NCBI GenBank assembly: GCA_973895155.1
Contig: OZ316893.1
Span: 25,223,520 to 25,287,519 of the forward strand
Origin: Marsupella aquatica
Lineage: Eukaryota > Plantae > Marchantiophyta
Direction: 5' to 3'
DNA length: 64,000 nucleotides
Every line of letters begins with the position of its first letter. Within the stretch, counting starts at the first letter, position 1. The notes under the pieces were generated by a model that did no database searches, was not told where the DNA came from, and saw only the letters and a program-made list of their open reading frames with translations. The position numbers and the translations under genes are program-made. Positions 1 through 13,900 of this stretch are shown here, piece by piece.

Positions 1-110
1 AAGGAAATGCTAGTCACTGTATTAAATAAATGACATGATGGACGTCAAAACAGCTTGGGAACAACGATTGGTTTCTTCCTTTGTTCTAACTATCACGAAT
101 GTTTCTACAG

Positions 111-3100
111 GTCCAGTATAAATCGTTTGCACAAATAGAAGCAGAGAAAAAGCAATTTTCTTTTGCGGGACTTTTTAGTGGTGAACTCCTAACAACTGCT
201 TACAAGTCTGTTTTCGGAGAAAGTGGCATTAGCGTTGGAGATTTTATGGGCGACTTTATGTCAATGCGAAATAGCGGCATTGATTTATCTAAACCTGCAA
301 ATGCCAACCTGGATAAGTCGAATGCATCTGCTGAGCAGGCAAACCAGCTGTCGCAAATGAGTAAGGGTGGGGTGGCAGACCCTGAACTTGCCAATAGGAC
401 TTCACTTAAAACCATAGTAGTGCAAGAAGGAACGTCGGACAAGCCAAACGATGGTAACCCTCTAAAACGGACAGGGAATGCAGATAAAGCTGGGGAGGTT
501 GAAATTTGGGACAATGTCGCTGAGAGTTTGCAATCATTTGGAATAGATAATTCTGGAATCCTCAAGGACAAAGAAGCTTGGGAAGTCGGTGAAACTATAA
601 AAAACCTTGGGCTAGAGTCTCAAAAAAGGGCAGAACTTCTGTATGCAGAGAGCGGCCTAGCTGTCGTGGAAGGTCAAACGGAAGGAAATCAAACGTCTAG
701 CGCTACGGAAATAAATGGAGACATGTCTCGAAAACATTCGGATCCCTTGCTAGCAGGAAAGGAAGAATTAGAAGGCTTGGTAAAGCAGACTGAAGGTATC
801 GTTGGGGCGTGGGCTATTTTCAACAAGTCCCAAGGAGAAAACGAGGGTGAAGGACAACAGCAACCCACGGCAAAAGAATCAGAAACAGCGGTGACAACAA
901 CGACTCCTTCCACAGAAGATGAGAAGAATGACTCTAGTAAACAAGAAGATGTGGATTCAGAGACTGATGGAATAAAGACAACAATGTTTAGCACCGCAGA
1001 GAGTGCCATGGAAGCTTGGGCCCTGCTAGCGACAACATTGGGAGGAACTTCCTTCGTCAAGTCAGATTTTGAAAAAATTTGTTTTGTAGAAAACAAGGAG
1101 ACAGACACACAGGTGAGCTGCTCCTACACAGCTATGGATGTGGTCTATTGACTTCTCGGTGTAGTCTTGTGATGGTGAATTTATTCAAACACGGTTGGCA
1201 CTGCTGCCGTTGTTTTCCTTGTGTCTTCCTAAGCTAGTTGAGGTTCTGAACTTACTGTCAACTTTTGGTTTTCAAAGGAGTCTTCATTCGCAGAGGTGAG
1301 AGTAACTTCACAGCGAATGGGTACTCAACTGTGTCGTGTTCGTATCTGCCTAGGTGGCCCTTTGGAAAGATTTGAGGCGGCAAAGATTAGTTGTGGCTTT
1401 TCGCGGGACGGAACAGGTTTAAATCTAGTATCCCGTATCACAGCTTTGTAATTATTTACAATTGATTTCCCAGTTTACTATCGTTCCTGTCACAATGCAG
1501 TCTAGAACCTCTGTTGAGAAAGTTGAGAAGCTCGTGTGATTTGTCATGGATTATCACTCGTTGTTTCTTCGTGGGTTTATCAATCCACGAAGTGCTTGAC
1601 ATCACAGTTTGTTTATCATGGTTGTGTGAATCCAGACAAAGTGGAAAGACGTGGTAACCGACTTGAATCTACTCGCAGCTGGGTATGGAAGAATTACCCC
1701 CGATTTGCTTTCCTAGCCTAGTCGTGCATTGTAGAGGTGTTGTCCTGTATGTCGTACTTTTACGTCTTTGAAATCGATTTAGTCCTGCTGACATGTTTCT
1801 AGCCCCAGAAAACCAGTCTAGTTACGGCCTTGAATGGTGGAGAGAGCTCTTCTTAGTCAAGGTTGACAGAACGACTCACGCGTCACTTGTGCATTTGTTG
1901 TCGATGACGTGTGTTATAAATGTAGATAGGCATGGAGGGAATTGACGTTTAGATGTGTACTCTTGATCAGCTTTAATCCTGAGCGTGTTACTAGTGGCAG
2001 CAACCTGAAGGAGGAACCTTTGGTGAGAATTTTGGTCTCCACTGCAAAGTTACTTTACAAAATCATCCTTTTGTTGTTTAGTAAGGATGGTATCCTATCG
2101 TGATGAATCCATTCTCTTAGATTGGAGCCTTGTCAGCAAGCTGCTTTGTCGATGAACTCTATTTCGTTGCAAATTTTTAGGAAACTTTTATTGTGTCAGG
2201 TGCATAGCGGCTTTCTTAAAGCCTACGATTCTGTGAAGACAAGACTTCTTTCGCTTGTTCGAGCTTCTATTGATTCCAGGTACCATCAAAATTTGTGTTC
2301 TAACACAATTGTTCGTTTGCTGAAGTAGAGAGACTACGTTGTACTTGCTGGTTACTGTGCCCTTCTATTTAGATGTGCTCACTTCAGGCATAAATCAAGA
2401 CAAGTGGCCAACTATTCTGAAAAGAATTGGATTTCCAAGGCAGCAAAAACGAAGGCGACAAGTGGCCAAAACTCTTTCAAGGCTTTTGTCGTCTGAGGCA
2501 TGGCAAAACGAAAAAGATGTGTGCATACCATCCCCCAGCCGCTTGACCCGCAGCCACGTAGTGCGAAGACAGAGGGAGAGGGTCGACCAACAGGAGAGGA
2601 CGGGAAATCGGAGACTGGGAAAAGCTGAAATAGCTTTTTGGGGGACTGTAGCGGAAATCACAGAATGTCTCCTGAGTATTCTCCTTGGATATGAAGGACT
2701 AAATTATGCTGGTCGATTATTTGTGGCTAGCAGAATTAAACCTGATGAAGATAGTCAGTGGCATATTTATGTGACGGGGCACAGCCTAGGGGGAGCCTTA
2801 GCAACGCTGTTCGCTCTCGAGCTCTCGTCAAGTAAACTAGCTAAGTATGAATTACGCCCCTAAACACTGGCAGAAAGTCGAGCAAAGTTTTTTCCAATTG
2901 TGAAAGAATCTTTATGCCTATCAGGGTTATACCTACCATTCCTCGATTGTCCGATGTAAAGAATTCAAACTCAATTTTCTAATATCTTCACCAACGTTTA
3001 CCTTCTTCCCAGCAGTAACAAGTTGGCATGTGGATCTATTGTACAGGAATCAGAACCTTCATGTGACTATGTATAATTTTGGCTCACCTCGAGTTGGAAA

Positions 3101-4378
3101 CAGAGTTTTTGCGGACAACTATAATAAGGTGCTCCTCCTTTGGCTTTTTTCAAAGCCGTCTTTGATATTATGATCTCTCGTACATTTCATAATATAATCC
3201 TTGACACACTTTCCCTGCCTCTTGTGAAATACCTCTCAGATAGTCAAGGACAGCTGGAGAGTAGTAAATCACCGGGACATTGTTCCAACTGTTCCACGGC
3301 TTATGGGATATTGCCACGTTGCTCAACCAATCTATCTTACTGCTGAGAAATCCCGAGTGGTGCGTCTTCGAGATGCTCTCATGTTGGAGATTATTTGAGC
3401 TGCAGGTCGTCTGTCCATGGGATAGAAAGGATTCTTCTAATTTATGTACTTCATTCAGCTCGCAACATGTGCAAGTTCCCTTTCATCGGAGATGTTAGAA
3501 TGTACCAATTAATCGAGAGACACAGAAAAGAAACCAGCTTATTGTTTGAAATTTTGATTTAGGTGTTTGATTATATAAGAGCTCCCGTTGAGAGGTCGTC
3601 CCTCTCATCAGTTGAGTTGTTGAGTTGTTCTTGTTATACTATTTTTTCTTTGAAACCCACTTGTCCTCTTATGGTGTACGAGTTCAGTCGGATCTCTTGG
3701 ATGATGGCTATGACGGGGATGTCCTGGGAGAAGCAACAGCGGACGTCATCATTGACAAGTTTGTCCGTCTCTCGTTTCACCAAACAGATTTTCTTTCTTT
3801 GTCACAAACGCTCATGTCGGGTTCTGTGGATGATTGGAGCATCGTAGGTTATCCCTGTCTTTTTTTCGTAATCAGCCTACTTGTTTCTTATCGTGCAACT
3901 ATCTCCCAACCAAAACACAAGATAGATCCATGTGTAAACTACTTGAAATCCAATGGATGGAGAAATCTAATGGTAGCCAATTCGTCATGGTCTATGCAGA
4001 TGAAAGGAGAACAGACAATACTACAGAAGTTGCTCGAAACAGAGATTTCAATGCTTCGGGCCATGAGGGATGGCAGTGCAGTCATGCAGCACATGGAAGA
4101 CTTCTATTATATCACCTTATTGCAGGTACATATTTGATAAGTAGTATTTGCCTGCTGATACACAGACTTCGGTAGCAACAGGAGGTTTATTGAATGGCTT
4201 GGATCATCAGCTTACCTTACTGGCAAAACACTTTGATCCTCTCTCCAACAGATGTGTGTTGTGGAATTTCAGGTGCTAATTTCATCCTCTAGCAATGGCA
4301 AAGTTCACTTAAAGGCTTTAATTGAAATTTCCTATATCGTGTTGATTTGTGCAGCGTGTAGAATCCAGATTACGGTAG
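111..4378 (+). CDS. C2-domain / class-3 lipase (alpha/beta hydrolase), paralog 1; 5' exons lie outside the window
   Basis: Spliced exons at ~111-1112, 1354-1416 (VALWKDLRRQRLVVAFRGTEQ), 1636-1682, 1971-2022, 2200-2279 (VHSGFLKAY), 2734-2844 (YVTGHSLGG nucleophile elbow), ~3047-3128 (YNFGSPRVGN), ~3241-3357 (RVVNHRDIVP), ~3688-3762, ~4000-4125 (QHMEDFYY) and 4355-4378 (RVESRLR*). GT-AG borders; Ser-Asp-His triad motifs of Lipase_3 are present. Confidence 0.9.
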
Positions 4379-4876
4379 TGACGCACAAACTGGTTCCAAA
4401 ACCTCATGAATTTACATACGATGATATCTATCGTCCCTCCATTTCCGGTGCGTTGGTTCAGAAGTGAGCAACGCCGACCAGATTCTACAAGCTGCATATT
4501 ATATGCTATGATGGCACCTATCTTTCGCTATTTGGAGGAGGCTTGTGTCAAATATTGTGGGTCATCAGTAAGTGACGACCATGGTGTGACAAAAATTGAT
4601 ACGAAATCTTGATGGTAGCCTTTCATTTTGACCTTTCAAGCTTTGCACAGTATTTCGGCGGAGCACGGATTGTTCCCGTCGCTTGCCTATGTTCCGGGTT
4701 CATGGACTTCAAAATTATTTGATTACTGCATGCATGCATTCTTTCAGGTGTATCATAATTTACTCCTTCTGGCCCCCTTTGCCAGTTGTACTGATCGCCT
4801 TGATGGAAAGCAGGAACGCGTGAAGACAATTGCAGCAACTATTTGCACTCTGTGACATAGCACCTATGCAGATGCC

Positions 4877-5026
4877 AGTGAACTCAATATAGGTTCATCA
4901 CTAGGGGGTCTCAAATATAACCAGTGGTCAGCTTCACAGCAGTCCGGTTTTAGTGAACTCAATATAGGTTCATCACTAGGGGGTCTCAAATATAACCAGT
5001 GGGCAGCCTCACAGCAGTCCGGGTTT
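4877..5026. repeat. 75-bp tandem duplication that includes the left end of a MITE
   Basis: agtgaactcaatataggttcatcactagggggtctcaaatataaccagtgg... begins at 4877 and again at 4952. Confidence 0.9.
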
Positions 5027-5267
5027 AAGTTCAGAGGAAGGTTTAAGTTCAGAGGAACGCTGCTGGAAAATGTGTGGCCTGTGCACTTGTGTCACAGGAT
5101 TTTATTGTTCCCGCTTGGCACTCCCCCCCCCCACACACACACACACCACGACCAAAAAAAATGAACCTCAAAAGGTCTTGGCATCAGTGAAACTCACAGG
5201 CAGGCCACATTATGGATAGTGGCCCTATCCCGGAGAAGAGCTAAACAGATCCTTATTTGAGACCCCC
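4979..5267. mobile_element. MITE with TA target-site duplication (Tc1/mariner-Stowaway-like)
   Basis: Left end ta|gggggtctcaaatataa; right end ttatttgagaccccc|ta (5253-5269). The paralogous 3' flank of lipase copy 2 (~18800, tcacta|ataccat) lacks the element. Confidence 0.75.
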
Positions 5268-5614
5268 TATGGATACCACTCTATGATATCAACTATTGCT
5301 GCCATATTCAATTGGCCGCCGTCTTATGCAAGGTTTCCTCGAGCATTAATATAGGCAAAAACACTCAAGTAGGGATTAACCTTGCATGTTGTCAGAATCA
5401 AACACAGCTGTGTAGAGGATCGAGGTTACTAAAATAAATTTAAAGTGTTCTCAGAAAAGTAAGAAAAACATTGCTTTGGTCTTCCCAGGACCTGATGGCC
5501 AGTGGGGGTTTAAATCTCACTTGAAATTTTCCCTGTCAATTAGACCTCCTTTACCTTGCACACCCTTCTTGGCAAGAACTTCAAGACTAGTCCTATCATT
5601 CAACGCTAGTGCTA

Positions 5615-5963
5615 CACCTTTCACCTAAATTAGTGTTATGTAAAAATTAGCATTACTATCAAATTAGTGTTCCTCAAAGTAATTTTGGTAAAAAGTGATC
5701 TTAAGTCCAACGTAACACTAATTCTTGGTAGGTTCTTCAATATAGTTTTTTTCCACTTTTGTTTAAAGTGCTAGTTAAATTAGTGATCTTGAGTCCAAAG
5801 TAAGGCTAATTCCTTGTGGATTTTTCAAAATAGTTTTTTCCACATTTTTCTGCTTTTGATACCAGAATAACAGAATTAGTGTGAGTAACAGTAATTCATG
5901 GGTACAACACAAAAATGTCAGTTCTTGAATTAATGTTGGTAACACTAATTACTGTGAACAGTG
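5615..5963. mobile_element. MITE family A, copy 1 (AATTAGTGTT-rich, TA TSD)
   Basis: TA|cacctttcacctaaattagtgtt ... aacactaattactgtgaacagtg|TA. Internal arrays of aattagtgtt/aacactaatt. Homologous along its length to 39187-39571. Confidence 0.8.
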
Positions 5964-8900
5964 TAGCATTGTTAGACTTGTCTTCAGGGGGACTGTCCTT
6001 CCTTTGGCCCATGTGGAGCACCGTGATGCTCCCATGTCTGGATAACCCAGTCCAGTTTATGCCCTGTGAGTAATCACACATCAAGATGTGCTAATATACG
6101 ATGTGCACTCATTGATTTAAAAGAAAATAAAGATGTTGTCATAGTATGGATTGATGTCGTACATGGTGTATGTCATATTTTGATGTGCAGTTACCAGGAC
6201 CCAATTCATGTGCTGCACATGGGCCAAGGAAAAACACTCGTGCTAGGACTAGTGATCCCAGTCAGGCTCATCCATTGAAATTCCACTTTACCGTTAGGGG
6301 TCTTAATACTCAAGCAATATGGCAAACAGGTTCTCTTCATAGATCATCAAGTGAAAATTGTTTATGTTTGTCCTTTTGTGCTCAGCCTATGAAGATTCCT
6401 TAGCATGTCTTGTGGATGTCTGTTAAGAACAAAAAGTAACACCACACTTATCCCCACTCCAATTATAGTAGAACAAAAAGTAACATCACGCTCATCCCTA
6501 GTCCAAATTATAGTATAGATGTTGGACTGGCCCATGTGGGGCGCATGAGCTGGACACATGAAATTGTCCAGACTGAAACAACGTACAGAGAGGGCAAGAG
6601 GGTCATTGCCTTTCCAATTAGCCATTTATGCAATTTCCCACCACTGTCCACAAGAAACTCTCTACACAAAAAGCTCTTCCAATTTCCAAAACATAAAGAA
6701 CCTCTTTGGATTTTCTGTCTCATCTCTTTCTCCGAAATTCCTTGACTATTGGTCACTTAAGAGAATTCCCATGCATGCTTAGGATTGTTGTCAATGACAG
6801 GGGAGAAATCCAATTTAATCAATAATTTGCAATCGGCAGGTACACGCAGGAACCTAGCCTATAGTCTAGAGTGAAGTGAGATCTCTAGACTCTAGCCTCG
6901 TGGCAAGTTTTACAGATGGGGCAGGGAACTGTGGGCCAGCATATTTTTTAAGGTTTTAAATTTTTAGCCAGTGTGGCCAATGTTGGCTTCTCTAAGGAAG
7001 AGGTTCTAGAAATATTCTTTATCAAATTTTACAAATTTACATCATGACCATCAGATATCCTTAGATTTACGGAGTACCTTTAGATTATGGCCAATGGGTC
7101 CATGATTTGAAGGAAAAGTGGCTAAAGGTGTTAAAAAAAATATGGCAAATATTAGCCAAAATTGGCGAACATTTTGGGGGGAAGTGAAATTTGACGAAAA
7201 TTCGCTCTTAAAAAATAAGCTGTTGTGGGTCTCAGCAACGCTGGGGCGTTGAGGTTGTTTCACCCCCCTCCTTTGCTGTCATTGCACATTAATTACCGAT
7301 CTTATGGTCCAAAACGATTGGACAGCAATTGCCAATTGCTGACAAAGCTAGGGCGTTGGCTCAGGAAGTACAGGCGGTAAGGTCGTACACAAGTACGAAT
7401 AGCCAATAGCTAATAAGTATGAAACAATTGTATAATAGAATTCTCTACCCTTGATAATTATGAGGGTGAGGGTACAAGACTCAACAAGCCCCTAGTTTTT
7501 TTGGAGGGCACATGAAAGGGCAGGGAGACTTACTTTCATGACGTGATTCCTGGAAATGGTGCCCAGCTTCTAAACCATGCAGCCGCGTGAACCGTGACAC
7601 CTTCTTTTATAATTCATTAACTTACACCCTCTCGTTTTCAAAAAGCCTTATTTTCAATATCTCACTTAATCTCAGGCAAAATAGGCTCTTCTAAAATTGA
7701 GATTTATAAGTTTCTGAAGATTCCTCCAGAACTTTGCATTCCTGAAGTTTCTTAGCAGCTAGCTTTGACATTCAAGATCTCCTCCATATCACATATAATC
7801 TGATTATTGTTAGTTCATAAGAACCTGCTTGGACCTGGCTTGGACAAGAATTTTCTAATGAGCATCATACAGTCAAATTTAATTGAAAATTAAGAGACCT
7901 ACAAATTTACAAATATGATTATGTCATTGTCTTGCCAGATTTCACTCGTTTGGTGTAATTTGTACAGTCCATCCAGGTTGAAAAATTATCCAAGAATTTT
8001 GACAAACCTGGATCCACCCCGGCTTCAATTTCATACTTCCATACATTCTATGTTTGTAATTCCATCTAGGTCGTGCTAACGGCCTTAGACATTTTCACAG
8101 TAACTATATGGTACTAGGAATATCCTTTGTTTAGACTAGTTGTGCTAGAGGAGTAGGTAAGCTAGACTTCCATCAAAGTGACAATGAATTTTGGCCATTT
8201 TGGTTAATTTTTCCAACATGAAATGAGCCCGGAAATGAGGTTAGGTAGATATCATTGGATCAATTTTCACTCTGTCAACATGAAATATTTGGTCTTGTGT
8301 TTTTTCTTCTCTACAGTAGTTGCCTTGCAAATGCAAAACTACCAAATGATGTATGACTCATAATAGTCAAGGTATGGACCCAAATGTAGTACACATGAGC
8401 ACTCTGTCCAATGTGGTGGTCCAGCTAGGGTGACATTGGCTACCCTAGCTAAAGAGAAAAGAGGAAAGCATCAAAAGTGACCTCTGCTCTACGCCATGAT
8501 TGAACTGAATTGTAAGTTACCAAGCAAGCAAACAACAAGCCCTATTGTCAATAGTCTAGAACACCAAAATTCTTGATGCATTTCCTTTCAAAAGCATCTA
8601 TTACGACAGTTGCAAGTACTGTACTAAGTAAACTGATAATTGTACAATGTAACATAAGAAACACGTGCGAATTCTTTGCTCTGTTCCACTTTCACCGTGT
8701 CAGGACAAGACAAAGGCCCTCCCTGACCCTCGTGGCCCACCTTGGACCCATCAGCTGACCCTGGTCCACCTTGGTCTTGGCCTTGGTCTGCCCTCATTAG
8801 TAATTGTTCCGTTCTACACTGTTTTCCTACTTAATTAGTTTTGAGTATTTCTGGCCTAAAGGATAAGACTTATTTTGCCATTGTTGGGACTGTGTGGCTT

Positions 8901-10965
8901 TTTCGTCCTTTGGTTTTCCTCCCGTTTTCTCCTCCTTGTTGGGTCTCTTGTTTTGGGATCATGTCTCAGCTCCCTATCTTGCACGTTTCATTCACTGGCA
9001 TCGCAATATATATTTTTTACAACAGAAAAGAATGGTAAGAGAGTCAACCCAAAGAAGGTTTGATGAAATTCCATAAGAATTTGGGAAAATCAAAACATGT
9101 GTTGTAGAAATTTGGGCCTTAGCCTCCTCGTGACAGCCCTGTTGTTGGTTCTGAGTGGTGGAATGATCTTGGGAAATTTAGATCTCTCTCAATTCGAAAG
9201 ATCTTTCCACTGCTCTTCTAATGAGCCCAAAACTTGCTGATTCCATTCAATATCAAGAGAGATGTATGGAGTCAGGAAAAGTGTCAATGAGTGAAAGTGT
9301 AAAGGTATCACTGTCCATGGGGGTTGCATTCGGGTGGAACTGTTCATGTGCTGGGTCCATTTAAGCATCACTGTCAAGTTTGAGACCTTTCAAGAACAAA
9401 TTATGTACTTATACTAATAAATTTGATCCAACTGTGTACTGACTTAAATTCAGTATTGCTGCTTCTCGGGTCCTACCATCTAATGCTGTCAGTTATTTTG
9501 CACTGCCCAGAGAGCCTAGAAAGTGAAGACATGAGGGTTACGTCTTCTCCTTTTGAGCACGAGGATCCACATCACTTACAGCCTGACATTAGGTGTCCCA
9601 ACAGCTTAGCCTAACACTAGCGGTCTTGATTGTGGCAAGTGAAGTTCCTGTATGGGACTTTGTGCACAAAGGAGTCCCATCCCAAAGTAGAGTTCACCAA
9701 AAGCCTTTTCTACGCAAAGCGCTTGACACTTAAAAAAATTGAGATCAGTCTCTTTATCACCTAAATGAAAATGGGCAAGCAAGCATTATCTCAAAGAGGG
9801 ACCCCAAAAAATTGGAGGTTCCACTTTTATCACCTAAATGAAAATGGACAGGTCAACAACATCGAAGAGTACATGGATTATAATAAATGAATTTTTCAGG
9901 AATGGTGGGACCCAAAATGAGGGTTGCACTAAGTAAGGAAAATGTGAAATAGTAAAGTGACATTTTCAAAGAACTGGGCCACTTTCAAAGAACTGGGCTG
10001 GAAAAATATACGTTGCAGGAAATGGGGTGGAAATTATATAGAAGACACTCCAGCCTGAAAAATTCGCATGCCCCTGAACACCTGTTATCTGTTCAAATAG
10101 ATGCCTTAGTTGGCAAACACCCACATTGGCTGAGGGGTGTCAGCAAAAGACCAGTATAAATATTCTGAGAAAACCGTTTGGCTCAGAAAAATGTAGTCTC
10201 AAACAAAGGTACTAGTCTGTTACAGCGATGTCACCTACGTGGAAATGGGCAACCCGGTAACATCTAAAGTGGGATCCAAAGGGGTTATACTAAATCACTA
10301 AATGAGTTTTCCAGGAGCCCTTGTACCCAAAGGTCCTAATAATAAATTGTCCGTAGACCCACCTGTTTCGTCAGATTTCCTGGAGTTTTGGTATCCAAGG
10401 GAACCTCATAAATATTCTCTCCGGAGACCCACCGTTTCGTCTGATATAGTGAAGACAATGCGAAGAAGTTTCGTTGGAGTTGTTTGAGCTTTTGGGACAA
10501 GTATTCTCTGGAGTCCAACGGTTTCCGTCTCCTATATATTTGCGGCATGCATTTCTGGAAACGACAGTGATGAGTGATGTGAGCAGAACAACGACCTGGC
10601 CGGCGTCCAGAAATTCTGGAAGCCGTGTATTGAGTTATACTCTTTGATTCCGGTGTGACGAGTCTGGTTCGACTGTTTCTCGAGTTTCCCAATTTTCAAT
10701 ATTAATATCAGACCTTCAACTTCTTCCGAATCAGTAGTTGTGTTTTTGGTTTTCCTTGCATGCTTTTTCTTCCCCTTTAATTTTCTCACAAGATCAAAAT
10801 CTTCTTCGTGGGGCTGTCACCTCAGGTCTGGAAACTGAATGTTCAGAAGAGCATTCGATTTGAATCCACTCGTTCTCTTTCTGTGACATATTTTAAATTT
10901 AGATGTGCTAGCTGCCTCAGCCTGCTGCATCAGTTTACAGTTGGAGGGCTGCAAATAGAGCAGAA

Positions 10966-13900
10966 ATGGCTCTTGCTGCCACAGACTGTAGGAGATTGCA
11001 GGGTCACGAGCTGCTGTTAACTGGCCCGCTAAGTGCTTTGAACCAATCACGGTTTCCATTTGTTCATAATCTTGTTGGCTCGTACTTTGGGCGAAGGCAA
11101 GAACGCCTTCGCTATAACAACAGTGGAGTGAAGAAAATTGGACTATTACAGCGGAACAGTTCTCCGTCGAGCATGTCATCTCAATTGAAGTCGGGACAGT
11201 CGATGACCAGAAGCATTTCAGAATTCCGTTTGAGTACTAAGGTCAGCAAAAGAGGGGAGCAGGCGGATGGAGATCACCGACGTCCTTTTGATTTGCACTT
11301 GGCTGTCCTCTTGGCGGGATTTGCTTTCGAGTCGTACAACACACCCGCAGTAAATTGCTCCTTTCCTCTCACGTTTCTTAATTGCTCGACGTATCTTTCT
11401 CTCACATCTCCATCATATGTAGCTCATTCGATCTCTACAAGCTGCTGCCATTTTTGTAATCTCAAAGTCATGTGACTATACGTGATCAAACAGGAGTCTG
11501 TTCATCGGCACTTTCTGACTTCCTGCTACTCCGGCCTGTGTGTCTTCCGCTTGAAATCAGTAATGTACACTCATTATCGTCTCGTCTTGGATTTCTTCTT
11601 TTGGGCATACTCTTTGCCGCATTGAAATCGCATTCCGTGGGCCTATCTAAAGTGCTGTTCCTTTTATCTCCAATATATATAAGTTCTTGTCCCATCTCGA
11701 CGTTCCAGTACGTACGTACAGCGCATTGAAGCTCAAGCAGTGCGAATTGGCGTCTGTTCGTTCGATGAAAAAGAAAAGTAAAATTGGCTCCGTGTCTACA
11801 GGAAAATGCTGGTGTTTTAGAGACGGATGGATATGCATGTGAGACAACTTATCTTTCAAGGTATGCCATCTCCCTCATGATAGTGCCATTTTCCGCGTCT
11901 TGACCATTACTTTTCAGTCCGCTATTCCAGAATTTGGAAGGTCCTGCAGCCTAAACACATGGGACTGGGGAAAAACACGTCGGTAACTTGCAAACAACAG
12001 ATCCTTTGAGCTGGAAAGGAAACTGGCAGCAGATCTGTGTTCGATGACAACTGCTGTATAGAAAAACGAAAGAGTGGAAATAATCATGAGATAAATTCGC
12101 CCTTAAACTATCATCCTTTCACATTTACACGTTTCGCTTGCAGTGGAACGTTGGAGGCGACTGTCCAGCGTCCTTCATACCAATCGTGTAGATTATCTCT
12201 CTCTTAGAGGCGAAGAATTAGACAAATTGCGTTGTGCGATTGTACCGATTATTACAAACCTCTTCTGGTCGGCATGCATTTGCATCAAATGATTGGTGGG
12301 ATCTGTTGATTTGTGTCACCAGGCGGTTTATTAAGTCAATCTACGATGGACAACTGTTCGTGAATTTACAGAAAGGGGTTCATTTCCCTGGCTTAGATAT
12401 CTGGGTCAGATTCTTATTTACCTTTACCTGGTTTATATCTCGAGGAAGGAAATGAATAGCGAATCCATTGTTCCAGAAAATTGAATGAACCGCAACAATA
12501 TTTGATGTAACAGAAGCCGGGCAGAAGTCCCTCTTCTCTCGTTACCGAGGTATTTATAACAACATTGTTCCAAGTAGTACTTAACTCTGGCTGTTAGTTA
12601 TTCGTTGTTGCCCTGCTCAAAATTCCAATCATGGATTATCTAAAGTGTCGAGCATCATTGAAGGTACCTTTTCTTGGACGCAGGGCACCAGCGACCCCTT
12701 CGTGGTATTGCGCATTGGAAACTGCTCTGTCCGAAGTAGGACTATATGGGTGTGAGTTGCTTTCAGATCTCTCGTATTCCCTTCTTGATATGTGCAGTAA
12801 AGACTGCAAACTCGAGAAGGCGACGCCACTAAGTCTGGGTACTGCGTCTTAGCTCTGTGCATCAAATCTGAAATGGTCACATTTCGATCTTTATATTTTT
12901 ATCTGCGTTCTTGATTGGTGTTTCAGAAACAAGGATCCCGTCTGGAATGAGAAGTTGACTCTCAATGTTAAGACGTCTCCAGGACAGAATTTGCAGGTGA
13001 GATGCTTGTCTCTGCATTAGACCCAAGCTCAGCTTCCAGTTCTTTCTCCGTGAAGGTAAAAAAGAGGCCACCTAGGAAATCTCTCGGATGGTACGTAATG
13101 ATACTCTCGAAGACCATTGACAGAACACTGTGATCGCTGCCATAGCTACATGTTGCTTTTTCTTCCTTGGCGCCATGGTGCTATAAAACCGATTAGCGAA
13201 GGGTGGCAAGAGTCCATGTCCTTACGTCTGAACAAGGCTTGCCTCCATAATGCTTACTATTGAAGGATAGGGTGTGCTTTTGTGAGAACAGTCTTGAATT
13301 TCAGGTACATAAGAACAATCGCCGTGAAATGGGTCCGGGAATGTGTTGTTAAGTTCTTCGCCAGCGGCAGCAATTGAATGGTTTGTTTTGGACAGGTGGC
13401 AGCCTGGGATGCAAATATGGTCATCGCACAGCGGGGGATGGGAAACACATCTGTGAGTTTGGATACTCTTTGTGACGGTAATTATCTGTACAATGGATCT
13501 GTGCAACCGATGTCTTTTGACTTTGGAAGAATGTGACTCAAATGTCTTACTCCCACTACCGCTCTGCACAGTGTCAGCTGTTTCATGCGCACCGTGAAGC
13601 CGTCTTTCTACCTATCAATTCCCACATTGAAGACATTCAAACATTCCTCCGATTCAGTTATAGCCCGATGTTCTTAGCTTACTTACATTGCGGTCAGCAG
13701 ACTACAATCTGCGATGAGATGCTCACATGCTCACACACATATCCTCTGTTCAGGCAAGCCGCACAGTTTGGAACTAGATCTCGAAGGTATGGGTGGAGGC
13801 GGACGAGTGTTTCTTGAGGTGCGTTTTCACAATGCAAGTTATATTTGTCCATGACTCTTACGGGTACTATTGGGCGGTGCAGGGATAAAGAATTGCTTCA

